Assembly (NCBI GenBank): GCA_965219095.1
Contig: CBDCMT010000001.1
Location: forward strand, 1,888,001-1,952,000
Length of the DNA: 64,000 nt
Reading direction: 5' to 3'
DNA from: Bdellovibrionales bacterium
GTDB lineage: Bacteria; Bdellovibrionota; Bdellovibrionia; Bdellovibrionales; UBA1609
Part shown: one piece after another, positions 54,901 through 64,000 of the stretch
Layout: each line of letters starts with the position of its first letter
How positions within the stretch are numbered: the first letter of the stretch is position 1
The notes under the pieces: generated by a model
What the model was told of the DNA's origin: nothing
What the model saw: only the letters and a program-made list of their open reading frames with translations
Databases searched by the model: none
Position numbers and translations under genes: made by a program

Positions 54901-55358
54901 TGGAATTTGAAAGAAACATTAACTCTTCCATAAGAGATTTTGTGTTCTATGTAGAAAAGGGCTACTCTCAACAAGAAGATTACTCCCACTTTTCATCAGA
55001 TTCTTTTCAAGGAGGTGTTATTTTTAAAAATTATGTTTGTAGCTTTGTAGAAAAACGAGAACACCTACCAAGCCATTTTGAGAGCAAGGATTACATCTTA
55101 TGGATTACTTTGAGTAATATAAATAAGGGTTTTCAAAATTATTTTTCATCTTCTTCCCCTAAAGATGAGGGTGAGGCAAATTGCAGAATAAGTCAAAACC
55201 TAGAAGAGAAGGATGAAAAGCTTGTAAGACTAGTACTCGATAGAATCTCTCATACTATATTACAAACTTTTTCCGATTATAGTAGTTACCTGTCTTTTGA
55301 TTCTTTCAGGTCTTTTAATTCTTTTATAAGAACTCACTACTGTAAAGAAGTCAAATGA
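51960..55358 (+). CDS. Large hypothetical exported/membrane protein
   Basis: Long ORF; N-terminal signal-like and several hydrophobic segments; ATG 51915 lies inside the sigma54 motif, so 51960 is preferred. Confidence 0.7.
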   Translation: MRAFFSYFILLKCLLFTAFFTLDPYLSYGEEKKEFTSNKEEKKELTYDEIQKQLEEEMEKNLPKDQKNLPPQWNREFVKKVLKNTVKRFGRDTLLFYLAGNVLEAVKYSTPPLRHLSNPGYVSSQWDQLFTVEGNLHFFTFIGINALLSEIYSKNPLVLRNQLMLAQMLGNKRQAFKLQYGAMGQGYVFMAIAALGGELATLGYEGISNCSLSHLWVSAYDSVKRRRSGVQVLIPSQREERSMHCKNFKKHFGKTITNVVYSSVPTLISAAMLSSTAQGLFVTSMRVASHKIAKKLPLKRSFKPLKSFMRFFRVSNDSPKLQNIAKYFNNFKTMMKLGLHFTIFLAAMEIMQDVMGDPLSSQLESWYYDRAKQKLKESSYEEKPQAIKEFSEASGTWVDHITAMLYIRRAEWEKDLVWSMDRAQFTKNAYKEIIIKIREDRLRESEVRYQDMDMVPKKMVDFPLELLRVDRGEIGNSCSVRETSEGSTDLSFEMTIQEAKKLFPIATRMKEQFFEKKVGISCVNKEPFSKIRIDISYPHIYETECRIKIARKYLKANECRWRNKQTPFKTHQKNLFIRTFPESRKLPQKQLVKIKEIESLEKYLSSESKEDWLLAFETLEKIQNREALFQACQKEDFFSEHCLFYELYEILDYPIVQSRMKFSFQKIDESIFQKFLVTSNGFGQSFSTYFTSHPAEQTLQYMHDDYYRKMKDWHPIDKSKDSFELLSDLSENLDGSGLFKLTGIESMRDSIKGFNMDQFETDFFSEKAFFSMLCGVKPKDSLMDTTSIRKEFLPPKIVEGGKLFCEGLKRSIISMKLNHKKYDFNELSQKLLYEGLDRLKPFVAKLESGFIESCDFINPDPGHFGNTNDYVEKRFNCWWQKHVSEVAFRPFFETHFDDYQNFLNEMVIPHLFGQSKDNLSLFEYENKDERQIPFEDHTLSRYKKTTAALSYMVEIDAYMEYVLKPLYKKINEKEDGDQCFMEFERNINSSIRDFVFYVEKGYSQQEDYSHFSSDSFQGGVIFKNYVCSFVEKREHLPSHFESKDYILWITLSNINKGFQNYFSSSSPKDEGEANCRISQNLEEKDEKLVRLVLDRISHTILQTFSDYSSYLSFDSFRSFNSFIRTHYCKEVK

Positions 55359-55499
55359 AAAAAATCAGTTACACAATTTAATTTACAGGCTCTTGTCTAG
55401 CTTATATTTGAGAAGAACTTTTATACTTTAAAAATTTAAAATAACCAGAAACACTGACTTGAACAAGCTTACAAGCCTTTTTAAATGACAAGTTTTCAG

Positions 55500-55800
55500 G
55501 TTTGTGTTGAAAAATATGATGAAATTTTATTTTAGTGTTTTTTTTGAAAAATAAGAATCAAGGGTTTTTAACATGTCAATGATAAGATCACGCTCTTCTA
55601 GTTCTTTTTTAACCTCTTATTCTCTTTCTGAAGCTTGACAAGATCTGGGTTTGAGCAAGAACCTCCTTGAACTTTAGTTTTCCACCCATTCAAGCTAGAA
55701 GGAGGAATGTTTAACTTTTTTGATGTCTCAGAAAGTCCTATCTTCTGTGCTAAATCTAGAGCATTTTTTTTAAATTCCTGAGTATACTTATTCTTAATTA
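55500..55800 (-). pseudogene. IS3 orfA remnant
   Basis: KYTQEFKKNALDLAQKIG...LNGWK...LKKELEE; IS3-like end TGGACTGCACTGAAAAAGTGG (minus) near 56154. Confidence 0.65.
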
Positions 55801-55834
55801 CTTCAAGGCTAAAAAAGTCTTCTCCTCAGGGATT

Positions 55835-55977
55835 GTAGAGGGTTTAAACAACAAAGTAAAACTCACTATGAGAAAATCTTACGGTTTTAGAACCTCTAAA
55901 GCTATAAAAATCGCCTTATATCATAACCTTGGAAAACTGCCAGAACCTCCGGGAACCCACAGATTCTTTTGAGGAGG
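55835..55977 (+). mobile_element. ISL3 right-end remnant
   Basis: Reverse complement of 17472..17615. Confidence 0.85.
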
Positions 55978-56260
55978 TTTCTTTTCTTATTTGTTTTCAG
56001 TAGTTTGTTGCATGTTTTGATCCTCCTATCTTTGTTATAGTAATCTTTTTTATATTTGTTATTCCTTTAGGAAGTCTTTGTTTTATCACATTATATCTAA
56101 AACTAACACATTGCATATACGTTAATTTTGACTCCACTTTTTCAGTGCAGTCCAGACTGACTGGTCATCCATATGAGGAAAAACAGATTACAAGAGCTTT
56201 CGAAAATGTAATGGCACACAAGACATGCATTCTATTTACCGGAATGTGCTACTTAAAGCG

Positions 56261-56332
56261 TATGCGGTGAATAACACTTCTATTCACCGCATATTATGCA
56301 GTGATTTATCTTGACTTTGCGGTGAATAACTC
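56261..56332 (+). promoter_or_regulatory. Operator repeats upstream of Fic gene
   Basis: TATGCGGTGAATA...TATTCACCGCATA inverted repeat plus a further TGCGGTGAATAAC immediately after TTGACT. Confidence 0.7.
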
Positions 56333-56465
56333 TTATATCTTAAAGTAAGGCGTAGGATAGTTTTTTGAATAAATCATCTTGAATAATTTTTATTTCGATT
56401 TGAGAATTTTTTGTTTTCTTCATTTCGAAATAAACGATAATTAAGAGGTTAGTTCAATAAAGCTG

Positions 56466-57587
56466 TTGGTGATTAATATGTGGATATACGAGCATCAAGA
56501 CTGGCCAAACTTTATATGGGATACGGAAGCTCTCACTTTTAAGCTGTCTGATATTCGTTATCGTCAAGGCGTTTTGCTTGGTAGAATGGAAAGTCTAGGC
56601 TTTCAATTAAAGCGTGAAGCTAGTCTTAGTATCCTGACAAGTGATGTGGTGAAATCCTCAGCTATTGAGGGAGAAAACCTTAATTCAGAGGAAGTACGTT
56701 CATCCATTGCTCGCCGATTAGGCATTGAAATAGCTGGACTTATACCAACTAGCCGTGATGTTGAGGGTGTTGTTGAGATGATGCTTGATGCTTCCCAGCA
56801 CTTCTCAAAGCCTTTGACAAAAGATCGTCTTTTTAACTGGCATGCAGCACTGTTTCCAACAGGAAGAAGTAATATGCACCAGATTACAGTTGGTGGTTGG
56901 CGTACCCTTGATGCAGGACCAATGCAGGTGGTATCAGGTCCTATAGGGAGTAAGAAGATTCACTTTGAAGCACCCAGTGCTGATAAGCTGGAAAATGAAA
57001 TGCAGACCTTTTTGGCATGGTTTGATAATGGTGGTGGTATTGATCCAGTTCTGAAAGCCGGTATTTCTCATCTCTGGTTTGTAACAATTCACCCGTTTGA
57101 AGATGGAAATGGTCGTATTGCCAGAGCGATTGGTGATATGGTGCTTGCACGTGCTGACGGCACACAAGATCGTTTCTATAGTTTATCTACCCAAATTGAA
57201 TCTGAACGCAAAGATTATTACGATCAACTAGAAAAACAGCAAAGTAGTTCACTGGAAATTACTTGCTGGTTAGAGTGGTTTTTGGATTGTTTGGGACGCA
57301 CTTTTTCGAGTACGGAGACAAGGCTTAGTAAAGTTTTCTTCAAGGCACAGCTTTGGGATAAGATCAACAAGAAGCCTGTTAATGATCGGCAAAGCTTTAT
57401 TATCAACCGGATGCTGGAAGATGATTTTAAAGGACATATGAATACATCTAAATATGCTAAGCTGGCAAAATGCTCGAACGATACAGCATTGCGCGATATA
57501 CAAGACTTAAAAAAGCGAGATATCTTGATTCAAAACCCCTCTGCTGGACGTAGCACAAGTTATAGGCTGACTGATAAGGTTAAATAG
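56466..57587 (+). CDS. Fic-family protein (DUF4172-Fic-HTH)
   Basis: HPFEDGNGRIAR; N-terminal WIYEHQDWPNF; C-terminal HTH (DTALRDI). Confidence 0.92.
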   Translation: MVINMWIYEHQDWPNFIWDTEALTFKLSDIRYRQGVLLGRMESLGFQLKREASLSILTSDVVKSSAIEGENLNSEEVRSSIARRLGIEIAGLIPTSRDVEGVVEMMLDASQHFSKPLTKDRLFNWHAALFPTGRSNMHQITVGGWRTLDAGPMQVVSGPIGSKKIHFEAPSADKLENEMQTFLAWFDNGGGIDPVLKAGISHLWFVTIHPFEDGNGRIARAIGDMVLARADGTQDRFYSLSTQIESERKDYYDQLEKQQSSSLEITCWLEWFLDCLGRTFSSTETRLSKVFFKAQLWDKINKKPVNDRQSFIINRMLEDDFKGHMNTSKYAKLAKCSNDTALRDIQDLKKRDILIQNPSAGRSTSYRLTDKVK

Positions 57588-57633
57588 TCGTTGCTTTCCA
57601 TGAATGTAAAATGATTTGAGATCGGTATTTACG

Positions 57634-57709
57634 AAAATCAGTTACATAATTTAATTTACAGGCTCGTTTACAGGCTCGTTTACAGACTTCACAATTTAGC
57701 TTACAGACC
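57634..57709 (-). repeat. IS256-like end with tandem reiterated tips
   Basis: AATCAGTTACATAATTTAATTTACAGGCTC then GTTTACAGGCTC, GTTTACAGAC. Confidence 0.7.
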
Positions 57710-57849
57710 ACCCAGCTTTCTCTCAAAATTTATTTTAATGTAAACCTTTTTTTGGAATCTTTTTTTTGTTTTAAATCCATTTCATTATTAGTTGAAAAAA
57801 ATAAAAAAAATGATGAAACCATCTTTCAAAAAAGAAACTTAAAGTGTTT

Positions 57850-59184
57850 TTAAACAGTTTTACCTACAAGATCATAATCATGTGCATGGGTGATTTGAAC
57901 ATTCACAATCTCCCCTTTAAGAGCAAAGCCTTCATTGATGTAGGTGAGTCCATCAATGTCAGGAGCTTGTTGAGAATGTCGTGCTTGAAGAAGCCAAGGA
58001 GTTTGTTCACTAACACCTTCAACTAAGACAGAAAGGGTTTTTCCTATTCTTCCTAGACATTTTTTAGAAGATATCTTTCTTTGAAGGTCCATAAGAGTTT
58101 CGTAGCGGTATTTTTTCACTTCTTCATTTATGAGGCCTGTCATACGAGAAGAAGGAGTTCCTTCTTCATGAGAATAAGTAAAACAACCTACATGATCAAA
58201 TTGAAACTCTTCTATAAATTCAAGTAGTTCTTGAAACTGATCCTCTGTTTCTCCAGGAAATCCCACAATAAATTGTGTACGTAAAACAGCTTCGGGAATA
58301 ATTTTTCTTATTTTTTTTAAATTGTGCTTAATGTTTTCTTTTGTCATACGTCGGTTCATTTTTTTTAGAAGTTTGTTGTTAATATGCTGTAAAGGCATAT
58401 CAAAATATTTTACTAGATTTTCTTTTTCTTTATAGAGGTGTAGAATTTCATCTGTGATACCATCAGGGTAAAAATAAAGAACACGAATCCAAGAGGCATT
58501 GCTGTTTTCAGATAAAGCTTTTAAGAGTGTGTAAGGGCTTTCTTTTGCTTTAGGATCACTTCTTCTTAAGTCCCAGCCATAATCTGTAAAATCATGAGAT
58601 ATAACAATAAGCTCTTTAACGCCTTGTGAAGTTAGAGTTTGAGCTTCCTCTGTAACATCGCTCAAGCTTCGTGATTGAAGATTCCCTCTAATAAGAGGGA
58701 TAGCACAAAAGGAACATCTTTTTTTACAACCCTCAGATATCTTTAAATAAGCTCTATGAGAGAGTTGAGAGTTGACACGTTTATCTTTTTTTGTTTGAAG
58801 ATGGGTAGGCAAGTGATAGAAAGTTCTTTTCTTACTTTTCAAGATTTTAGAGATATCTTGAAAGAGACCGGATCCTATAAAAACATCAACTTCTGGAAGC
58901 TCTTTTGCAAGTTCATCTTTATATCTTTGGACAAGACAGCCTGTAACAACAAGTTTCTGAAGGTATCCGTTATTCTTAAAACGACTCATTTGCAGTATGT
59001 TGGAAAGGGATTCTTCTTTAGCACTTTGAATGAAACCACAAGTATTGATTACAATAACGTGAGCTTTTTGGGGCTTCTCTGTTATTGTATACCCTTCTTT
59101 TTTGAGAGAAGCTAACATGATTTCTGAATCAACAAGATTCTTAGGACATCCTAGACTAATAAAATGTACGTTGGTATTTGTCAT
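57850..59184 (-). CDS. rimO: Ribosomal protein S12 methylthiotransferase
   Basis: SLGCPKNLVDSE, NTCGFI, KISEGCKKRCSFCAIP, APDIDG. Confidence 0.95.
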   Translation of the reverse strand: MTNTNVHFISLGCPKNLVDSEIMLASLKKEGYTITEKPQKAHVIVINTCGFIQSAKEESLSNILQMSRFKNNGYLQKLVVTGCLVQRYKDELAKELPEVDVFIGSGLFQDISKILKSKKRTFYHLPTHLQTKKDKRVNSQLSHRAYLKISEGCKKRCSFCAIPLIRGNLQSRSLSDVTEEAQTLTSQGVKELIVISHDFTDYGWDLRRSDPKAKESPYTLLKALSENSNASWIRVLYFYPDGITDEILHLYKEKENLVKYFDMPLQHINNKLLKKMNRRMTKENIKHNLKKIRKIIPEAVLRTQFIVGFPGETEDQFQELLEFIEEFQFDHVGCFTYSHEEGTPSSRMTGLINEEVKKYRYETLMDLQRKISSKKCLGRIGKTLSVLVEGVSEQTPWLLQARHSQQAPDIDGLTYINEGFALKGEIVNVQITHAHDYDLVGKTV

Positions 59185-59894
59185 AATGAGTCGACCACAG
59201 AATTTTTAGGAAGAGAGAAGATTTTATCTGTTAAAGGAGTTTTTAAGATTTTTAATTTTGAAAAATTTATGGTGCTTTTGTTATCAATAGAGTCTTTCCA
59301 AGATATACGGGTTATAAAAAGAGGTTTTTTCTTCCCAATTTCGATTTCAATATTTTTAAAAGTATGGTCTATTGATTTTATTTGCAAAATCCATCCTTTT
59401 GTCGTTGATTTTAGGGATGTGACCTTGAGGTGTTGTTTAAGATCGTTTTTAGAAAAAAGTGTATTCAAAAAGTGATCCTTTTTTTTATTTCTCTTAAAAC
59501 GGTAAATCTTCCATTGAGAGTTAGATTTTGTTTTTTTTCCAATAAAGATGTGCTTGTTTCTTAAAATGAAAAGATCTTTTTGAGAGCTGTCTTGGTTATG
59601 AGTTTTCAGAGAAACAGAGCCCTTTGAAATATGAAACACTCCTTTAACCTTTTTTGTTTCTTCTAAAAGCTCTAATTGAATTGTTTTTACCACTTCAGCT
59701 TTAAGAGAGGGGTGTTTCCAGTAATTTTCCATGACCCTTTGAAAGAGTTTTTGAGGGTTTATCTTAAAAGACTCTTTAGCTTCTAGTAAAAAAGAAGAAA
59801 GGATGATAAGAAGGATAGCTAGAAAATGGTACCTCATAAGTCTAGATACTTTATCATCTTTTCTGCTTTTTTTCAAAAGATGAGCCTTTCTCAA
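59181..59894 (-). CDS. LolA-like outer-membrane lipoprotein carrier (start uncertain, possibly 59837)
   Basis: Signal peptide; C-terminal D-x-x-DN-x-STINF...F-x-LP pattern; coupled to rimO. Confidence 0.55.
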   Translation of the reverse strand: MRKAHLLKKSRKDDKVSRLMRYHFLAILLIILSSFLLEAKESFKINPQKLFQRVMENYWKHPSLKAEVVKTIQLELLEETKKVKGVFHISKGSVSLKTHNQDSSQKDLFILRNKHIFIGKKTKSNSQWKIYRFKRNKKKDHFLNTLFSKNDLKQHLKVTSLKSTTKGWILQIKSIDHTFKNIEIEIGKKKPLFITRISWKDSIDNKSTINFSKLKILKTPLTDKIFSLPKNSVVDSL

Positions 59895-59959
59895 AATGAG
59901 GGCGGTTTAAAAACTGAGTTACAAGTATTTTTCTCCAATTTTAATACTTTTTGAAAAGT

Positions 59960-60562
59960 CTGTGCTTATGCAAAAGGGGGATCAATGTAGATAAGTTTTA
60001 CTTCACCTTGAGTTTCAATTTCATCTCTAAGGGGACTATTTTTTAATGAGGATAAGATTAATTTGTTATCTCCCCAAATAAGTTTATTAGTCCAACCTTT
60101 AAGTTGGCGACCAGTTTCAGGATCAAAAAGGCTTCCTTGTATATTTTTATCTTTTTCCGAACGAGGCTCATCTACATGTTCAATGATTTGAAAGCAAAAG
60201 AGCTATATTACAAGGGTGGATTCTAGGATCAAGTGCGACACCTCCTAAAAAGTCCTTTAAAAGCAACTCTTTGGGAGTTTTAAATCCAAGAACCTTTCTA
60301 GGGGTATTGTTGAGTTTTTTGCTTATTTTGTCAATTTCTTCCTTTCTTTTGTTCATTTTCTTATGGAATAATCATAAAGTTAGAGAAGATTGTCGCACTT
60401 GATCCTAGAATGTCCACAAGTTTGATTGGTTTTGTCATTCCGAACAAGATCAACCTCTCCTTTTGTTTTCAAACAATAAAAAGCAGCAGTAGTCTGGGAG
60501 GGATTTTTTGCATCTAAAAGTTTAGTAATATCTCTAATTTTGTGGTCTGAAAGCATCATCAA
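59960..60562 (-). pseudogene. N6-adenine DNA methyltransferase pseudogene, split by IS30 MITE
   Basis: GWTNKLIWGDNKLILSSLK...KLIYIDPPF then stop; N-terminal piece in broken frames at 60420..60562. Confidence 0.75.
60216..60415 (-). mobile_element. IS30-derived MITE
   Basis: TIR ATTCTAGGATCAAGTGCGACA at both ends; internal LNNTPRKVLGFKTP. Confidence 0.8.
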
Positions 60563-60785
60563 CGCATCATGTCCATAGGCTAATAAACGGACTTTTTTAT
60601 AACCTGATTCAAATTAAAAAGGGAAAGGGGAAGTTATATAAATGGACGATGTGATATGCTAAAAACTTCTCCTGACTTCCGGTTCGGAATAGCATGCAAC
60701 ACACTTAGTAAAAATTCTATAACTATTTAAAATTACTTAAAAAATATATATTGCGATATTCTAAAAAATATCGTAAAATAAACTA

Positions 60786-61317
60786 TGGGAGAAAAACTTA
60801 CAAAGTTAAATATGATGGAGGCTTTGTAGGTGTTTTGATGAGCACTTAACTCAAACTGTAGAACTTCTTGTGGGAGGAGGAGCAGCCATGGTATGTGTTT
60901 ACGATTTTCCTCTACATACAACTGATATTGATGTGATTTTTAAAAATACAAGTATCGATAAAATCCAACCTGTTATTCGTCAAGTGGCTCAAGAGTTAGG
61001 TTTGCCAAAGGATTGGCTTAATACTTGGTACAGTTCTTTTACCTACACTTTGCCTGAAGATTTTCATAAATGCACTCGACTTTTTTTTTAACGGCTCTCA
61101 TCTTCTAGCCCATGCCTTAGGAGCAGAAGATCTTTTAGTTTTAAAATGTTGTGCTCATCGCATAAAAGATCTAGGTCACGCACGCTTTTTAATAAGAAAA
61201 AACGCAGACCACAAGCTTGTTATGAATCATTTAGAAAACTTCATAGAAAAGAACATCCTTCTTGATGAAAAGCCTTTGGAATTTTTAGAAGATATTTTAG
61301 AAAAAGAGGGTCTATGA
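60786..61317 (+). pseudogene. DUF6036-like nucleotidyltransferase, frameshifted; coupled downstream gene (61314..~61515) also broken
   Basis: LLVGGGAA...TTDID, WLN, EDLLVLK...R-x-KD. Confidence 0.65.
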
Positions 61318-61589
61318 AAGGACTTGTTTCTATACCTACTCATAAGAAATTACCTCTGTTTATTGTAAATTGCAGTTAGCAAAAAAAGTACAGTCTGATC
61401 AAAAAATAGCCCTTTATAGTCAATGGGTACGTCTTGATGCACGTTTGGGAGAGATTTTAGTCGCTTATATTGCAAAGTTTTGGAAAGCACATCATCCTAT
61501 TGTACTTAATAACCTGAATTCGTGCTTAAATTTATACACTACAAATTTTTTCTGAAGGCTTCATTAGTAGCTCAATTTTGATCCTGTAA

Positions 61590-61718
61590 GAACCTGTAAA
61601 TTAAATTGTGTAACTGATTTTTTCACTTTAAATTCAGGCCCTAAAAATTACTTCCCTATTTTACAACTCATACTAATTTTTCTAGCTATTTTTCACCCAC
61701 AGATTCCCGGGAGGAGCC
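61590..61718. mobile_element. IS256-like end plus ISL3 left end scar
   Basis: GAACCTGTAAATTAAATTGTGTAAC; CCCACAGATTCCCGGGAGGAGCC. Confidence 0.7.
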
Positions 61719-62019
61719 TTAAAAAGATATACCTATCAAAAAGAAAAAATTGATGACCAGATCTTTTTAAAGGCTTTTTTTGTTGAAAGCCTTTTTTGAA
61801 AACCACAGGCCAAAGTTTTTGACCTTTATGAGGCTTTTATAATATTTTTTCGCTTTGCATTAAGAAGTTCTTTTAAACTTTAAGAGATTAGGTCTTTTAT
61901 CCTATTTTAAATATAAGGGGGGTAAAAAAAGGGCTTAACAAGACCTAACATAAAGAAAGCATACAAACGGATTGACAAAAGAGGTTCTTTTGTGACATTT
62001 TTGAAGCCTAGGAGTTTTT

Positions 62020-62388
62020 ATGTACGCTGTTATCGAATCAGGAGGGAGGCAATACAAGGTGAAACCAGGAGACACTGCCTCTATAGAAAAAATTGATCAT
62101 AAAGTAGGAGAAAAAGTAAATTTTGATGTTTTAGTTTATAGTAATCAAAAAACTGTTATAGGAACACCTTATGTAAAGGAAGCAAAAGTTGTGGGTGTTG
62201 TAACTGCTCATAAAAAAGCTCCTAAAATTCTTGTGTTTAAGAAAAAAAGACGACAAGGTTATCGTCGCACACAAGGTCATAGACAAATGTATACAAAGCT
62301 TTTTATTGAATCCATTTCATCAGATAAAGGATCTGAGATTGCTGAGAAACATCCTGTTCTCAGTTATAAAACGACAAAAAGAGGTTAA
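62020..62388 (+). CDS. rplU: 50S ribosomal protein L21
   Basis: [36 protein letters not shown] at 61972. Confidence 0.97.
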   Translation: MYAVIESGGRQYKVKPGDTASIEKIDHKVGEKVNFDVLVYSNQKTVIGTPYVKEAKVVGVVTAHKKAPKILVFKKKRRQGYRRTQGHRQMYTKLFIESISSDKGSEIAEKHPVLSYKTTKRG

Positions 62389-62389
62389 G

Positions 62390-62662
62390 ATGGCATCGAA
62401 AAAGGCAGCAGGAAGTACTAAGAATGGAAGGGATACTAAAGGGCGAAGGCTTGGGGTTAAAAAATTTGGCGGAGAAAAAGTGATTCCAGGTAACATTATC
62501 GTCAGACAAAGGGGTACAAAATTTCACTTAGGGCGTAATGTAAAGATGGGAAAAGATCATACCATTTTTTCTGTTGTAGAAGGTTTTGTAAAATTTGAAC
62601 GTGTGAATAAAGAAAAAATCAAAATCAGTGTTGAATTAGAAACAAAACAAAAAAGCGCATAA
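62390..62662 (+). CDS. rpmA: 50S ribosomal protein L27
   Basis: [25 protein letters not shown]. Confidence 0.97.
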   Translation: MASKKAAGSTKNGRDTKGRRLGVKKFGGEKVIPGNIIVRQRGTKFHLGRNVKMGKDHTIFSVVEGFVKFERVNKEKIKISVELETKQKSA

Positions 62663-62669
62663 ATTTTTT

Positions 62670-63704
62670 ATGAAAGACCTCAAGTTTGTCGATGAGGTTG
62701 ATGTTCTAGTCTCTTCCGGTAAAGGAGGAGCAGGAGCTTGTAGCTTTCGAAGAGAAAAGGGAGTGAGTCGAGGAGGTCCTGATGGAGGAGACGGAGGAAA
62801 CGGAGGTTCTATCCTTTTTAGCACTCATACCTCTTTAAATACACTTCTAGATTACAGAAGAGTACGTCAGTACAAGGCTCAGAATGGATATCCTGGAGGA
62901 AGTCAAAATTGTACAGGTGCTAAAGGAAAAGATCTTGTACTCAAAGTTCCTGAAGGAACCCTCATTCGTCATTACAATAATCAAGAACTGATTAAAGATC
63001 TTAAAAGGGAGAGTTTATTTTTATTTTTAAAAGGAGGGCGTGGAGGAAAAGGGAACACTTTTTATAAAAGTAGCATTCATCAAGCACCACAGATTTCTCA
63101 GAAAGGCGAGCCTAGTGTGACAAGAAGGATTACTTTAGAATTGCAACTTATTTCTGATATAGGACTTTTAGGTTTTCCCAGTGTAGGAAAGTCTTCTTTG
63201 ATATCTAGAATTTCAGCAGCACGCCCTAAAATTGCAAGCTATCCCTTCACTACACTTCAGCCTCATTTAGGAGTTGTGGATTTAGGAAAACATAAATCTC
63301 TTGTGATAGCTGATCTTCCTGGCATTTTACCAGGAGCTTCAGAGGGCATAGGTCTTGGGTACCGTTTTTTAAAGCACCTTCAAAGGACAAAAGCTTTTTT
63401 GCATATTTTAGAACCTCACATTAGTTCGCAAAGAGAGCCAATTAAAGATTACTTCTTTTTACAAAGGGAACTTATCGAATACGACAAAAAAAATCCAAAG
63501 CCTCATTTACAGAAACCCCTTAAGCAACGTGAACAAATTCTTGTACTTAACAAATGTGATCTTCTCAGTCACTCAGAACAGGATCAAATTGTGTCTCAAT
63601 TCAAGATGAAAGGCTTGGAAATTTTGCCTTTATCTGTTAGTACAGGTTACAATATAGATAGACTCTTAGAGAGAGTCAAAAGGAGGGTTTTTTCTGACAC
63701 GTAA
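62670..63704 (+). CDS. obgE: GTPase ObgE/CgtA
   Basis: FVDE, GGPDGGDGG, GFPSVGKS, YPFTT, DLPG, NKCD. Confidence 0.97.
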   Translation: MKDLKFVDEVDVLVSSGKGGAGACSFRREKGVSRGGPDGGDGGNGGSILFSTHTSLNTLLDYRRVRQYKAQNGYPGGSQNCTGAKGKDLVLKVPEGTLIRHYNNQELIKDLKRESLFLFLKGGRGGKGNTFYKSSIHQAPQISQKGEPSVTRRITLELQLISDIGLLGFPSVGKSSLISRISAARPKIASYPFTTLQPHLGVVDLGKHKSLVIADLPGILPGASEGIGLGYRFLKHLQRTKAFLHILEPHISSQREPIKDYFFLQRELIEYDKKNPKPHLQKPLKQREQILVLNKCDLLSHSEQDQIVSQFKMKGLEILPLSVSTGYNIDRLLERVKRRVFSDT

Positions 63705-64000
63705 GATTGGTTTGTTCGGTGGGTCTTTTAACCCCATACACAAAGGCCATTTAGCAAGCCTTGATTCTGTACTCAAAGGCTTTGATTTAGAAAGAATACA
63801 AGTTTTACCGGTCTTTAAACACCCCTTTCAAAAAAGCGTAAATCAAACCACAAAAACGCAAAGACTGTGTTTATTGGAAATTGCTCTTAAGAGTTGGGAT
63901 AGAATTCATTTAGATACAAGAGAGCTAGATAGGAGAGGCATAAGTTATACTATCGATACCATAAACTCTTTTTTAAACGAATCTCCTCAATATGAACTCT
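63694..64000 (+). CDS. nadD: Nicotinate-nucleotide adenylyltransferase, partial (runs off window)
   Basis: KIGLFGGSFNPIHKGH and SYTIDT motifs; located after obg. Confidence 0.88.
   Translation, partial: MTRKIGLFGGSFNPIHKGHLASLDSVLKGFDLERIQVLPVFKHPFQKSVNQTTKTQRLCLLEIALKSWDRIHLDTRELDRRGISYTIDTINSFLNESPQYEL

Noticed and set aside
62231..62389. N-terminal extension of L27 in the ORF track
   Set aside because: Overlaps rplU; the canonical start is ATG 62390 with a GAGG RBS

Overview
AT-rich bacterial chromosomal segment. Gene content suggests a Bdellovibrionota/Oligoflexia-like lineage; this is inference, not confirmed by search. Housekeeping islands: membrane-arm-only nuoA-H-J-K-L-M-N operon, mfd, truncated glmU, lolA-like/rimO, rplU-rpmA-obgE-nadD. 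Between them lies a dense, nested and decaying set of insertion sequences (IS1634, IS3, IS66, ISL3, IS630, IS982, IS5, IS30, IS256-like ends, several MITEs) and many pseudogenes. No CRISPR array, rRNA or tRNA was seen. Most notable candidates: (1) an intact but apparently catalytically dead two-component pair (kinase without ATPase domain; NtrC-like regulator lacking GAFTGA, Walker B Asp and the Arg finger); (2) a 1822-aa lipoprotein built of about seven unrecognised 6-Cys modules, the last split by an insert containing a heptad coiled coil; (3) an orphan MvaI-like m4C methyltransferase abutting an ISL3 end in two copies, possibly IS cargo; (4) a 1.1-kaa orphan gene behind a near-consensus sigma54 promoter; (5) a duplicated promoter/operator/signal-peptide cassette; (6) the same frameshift in all three IS66 copies; (7) a probable CTG start for nadD. 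Family assignments come from motif recognition only, and some homopolymer frameshifts could be assembly errors.
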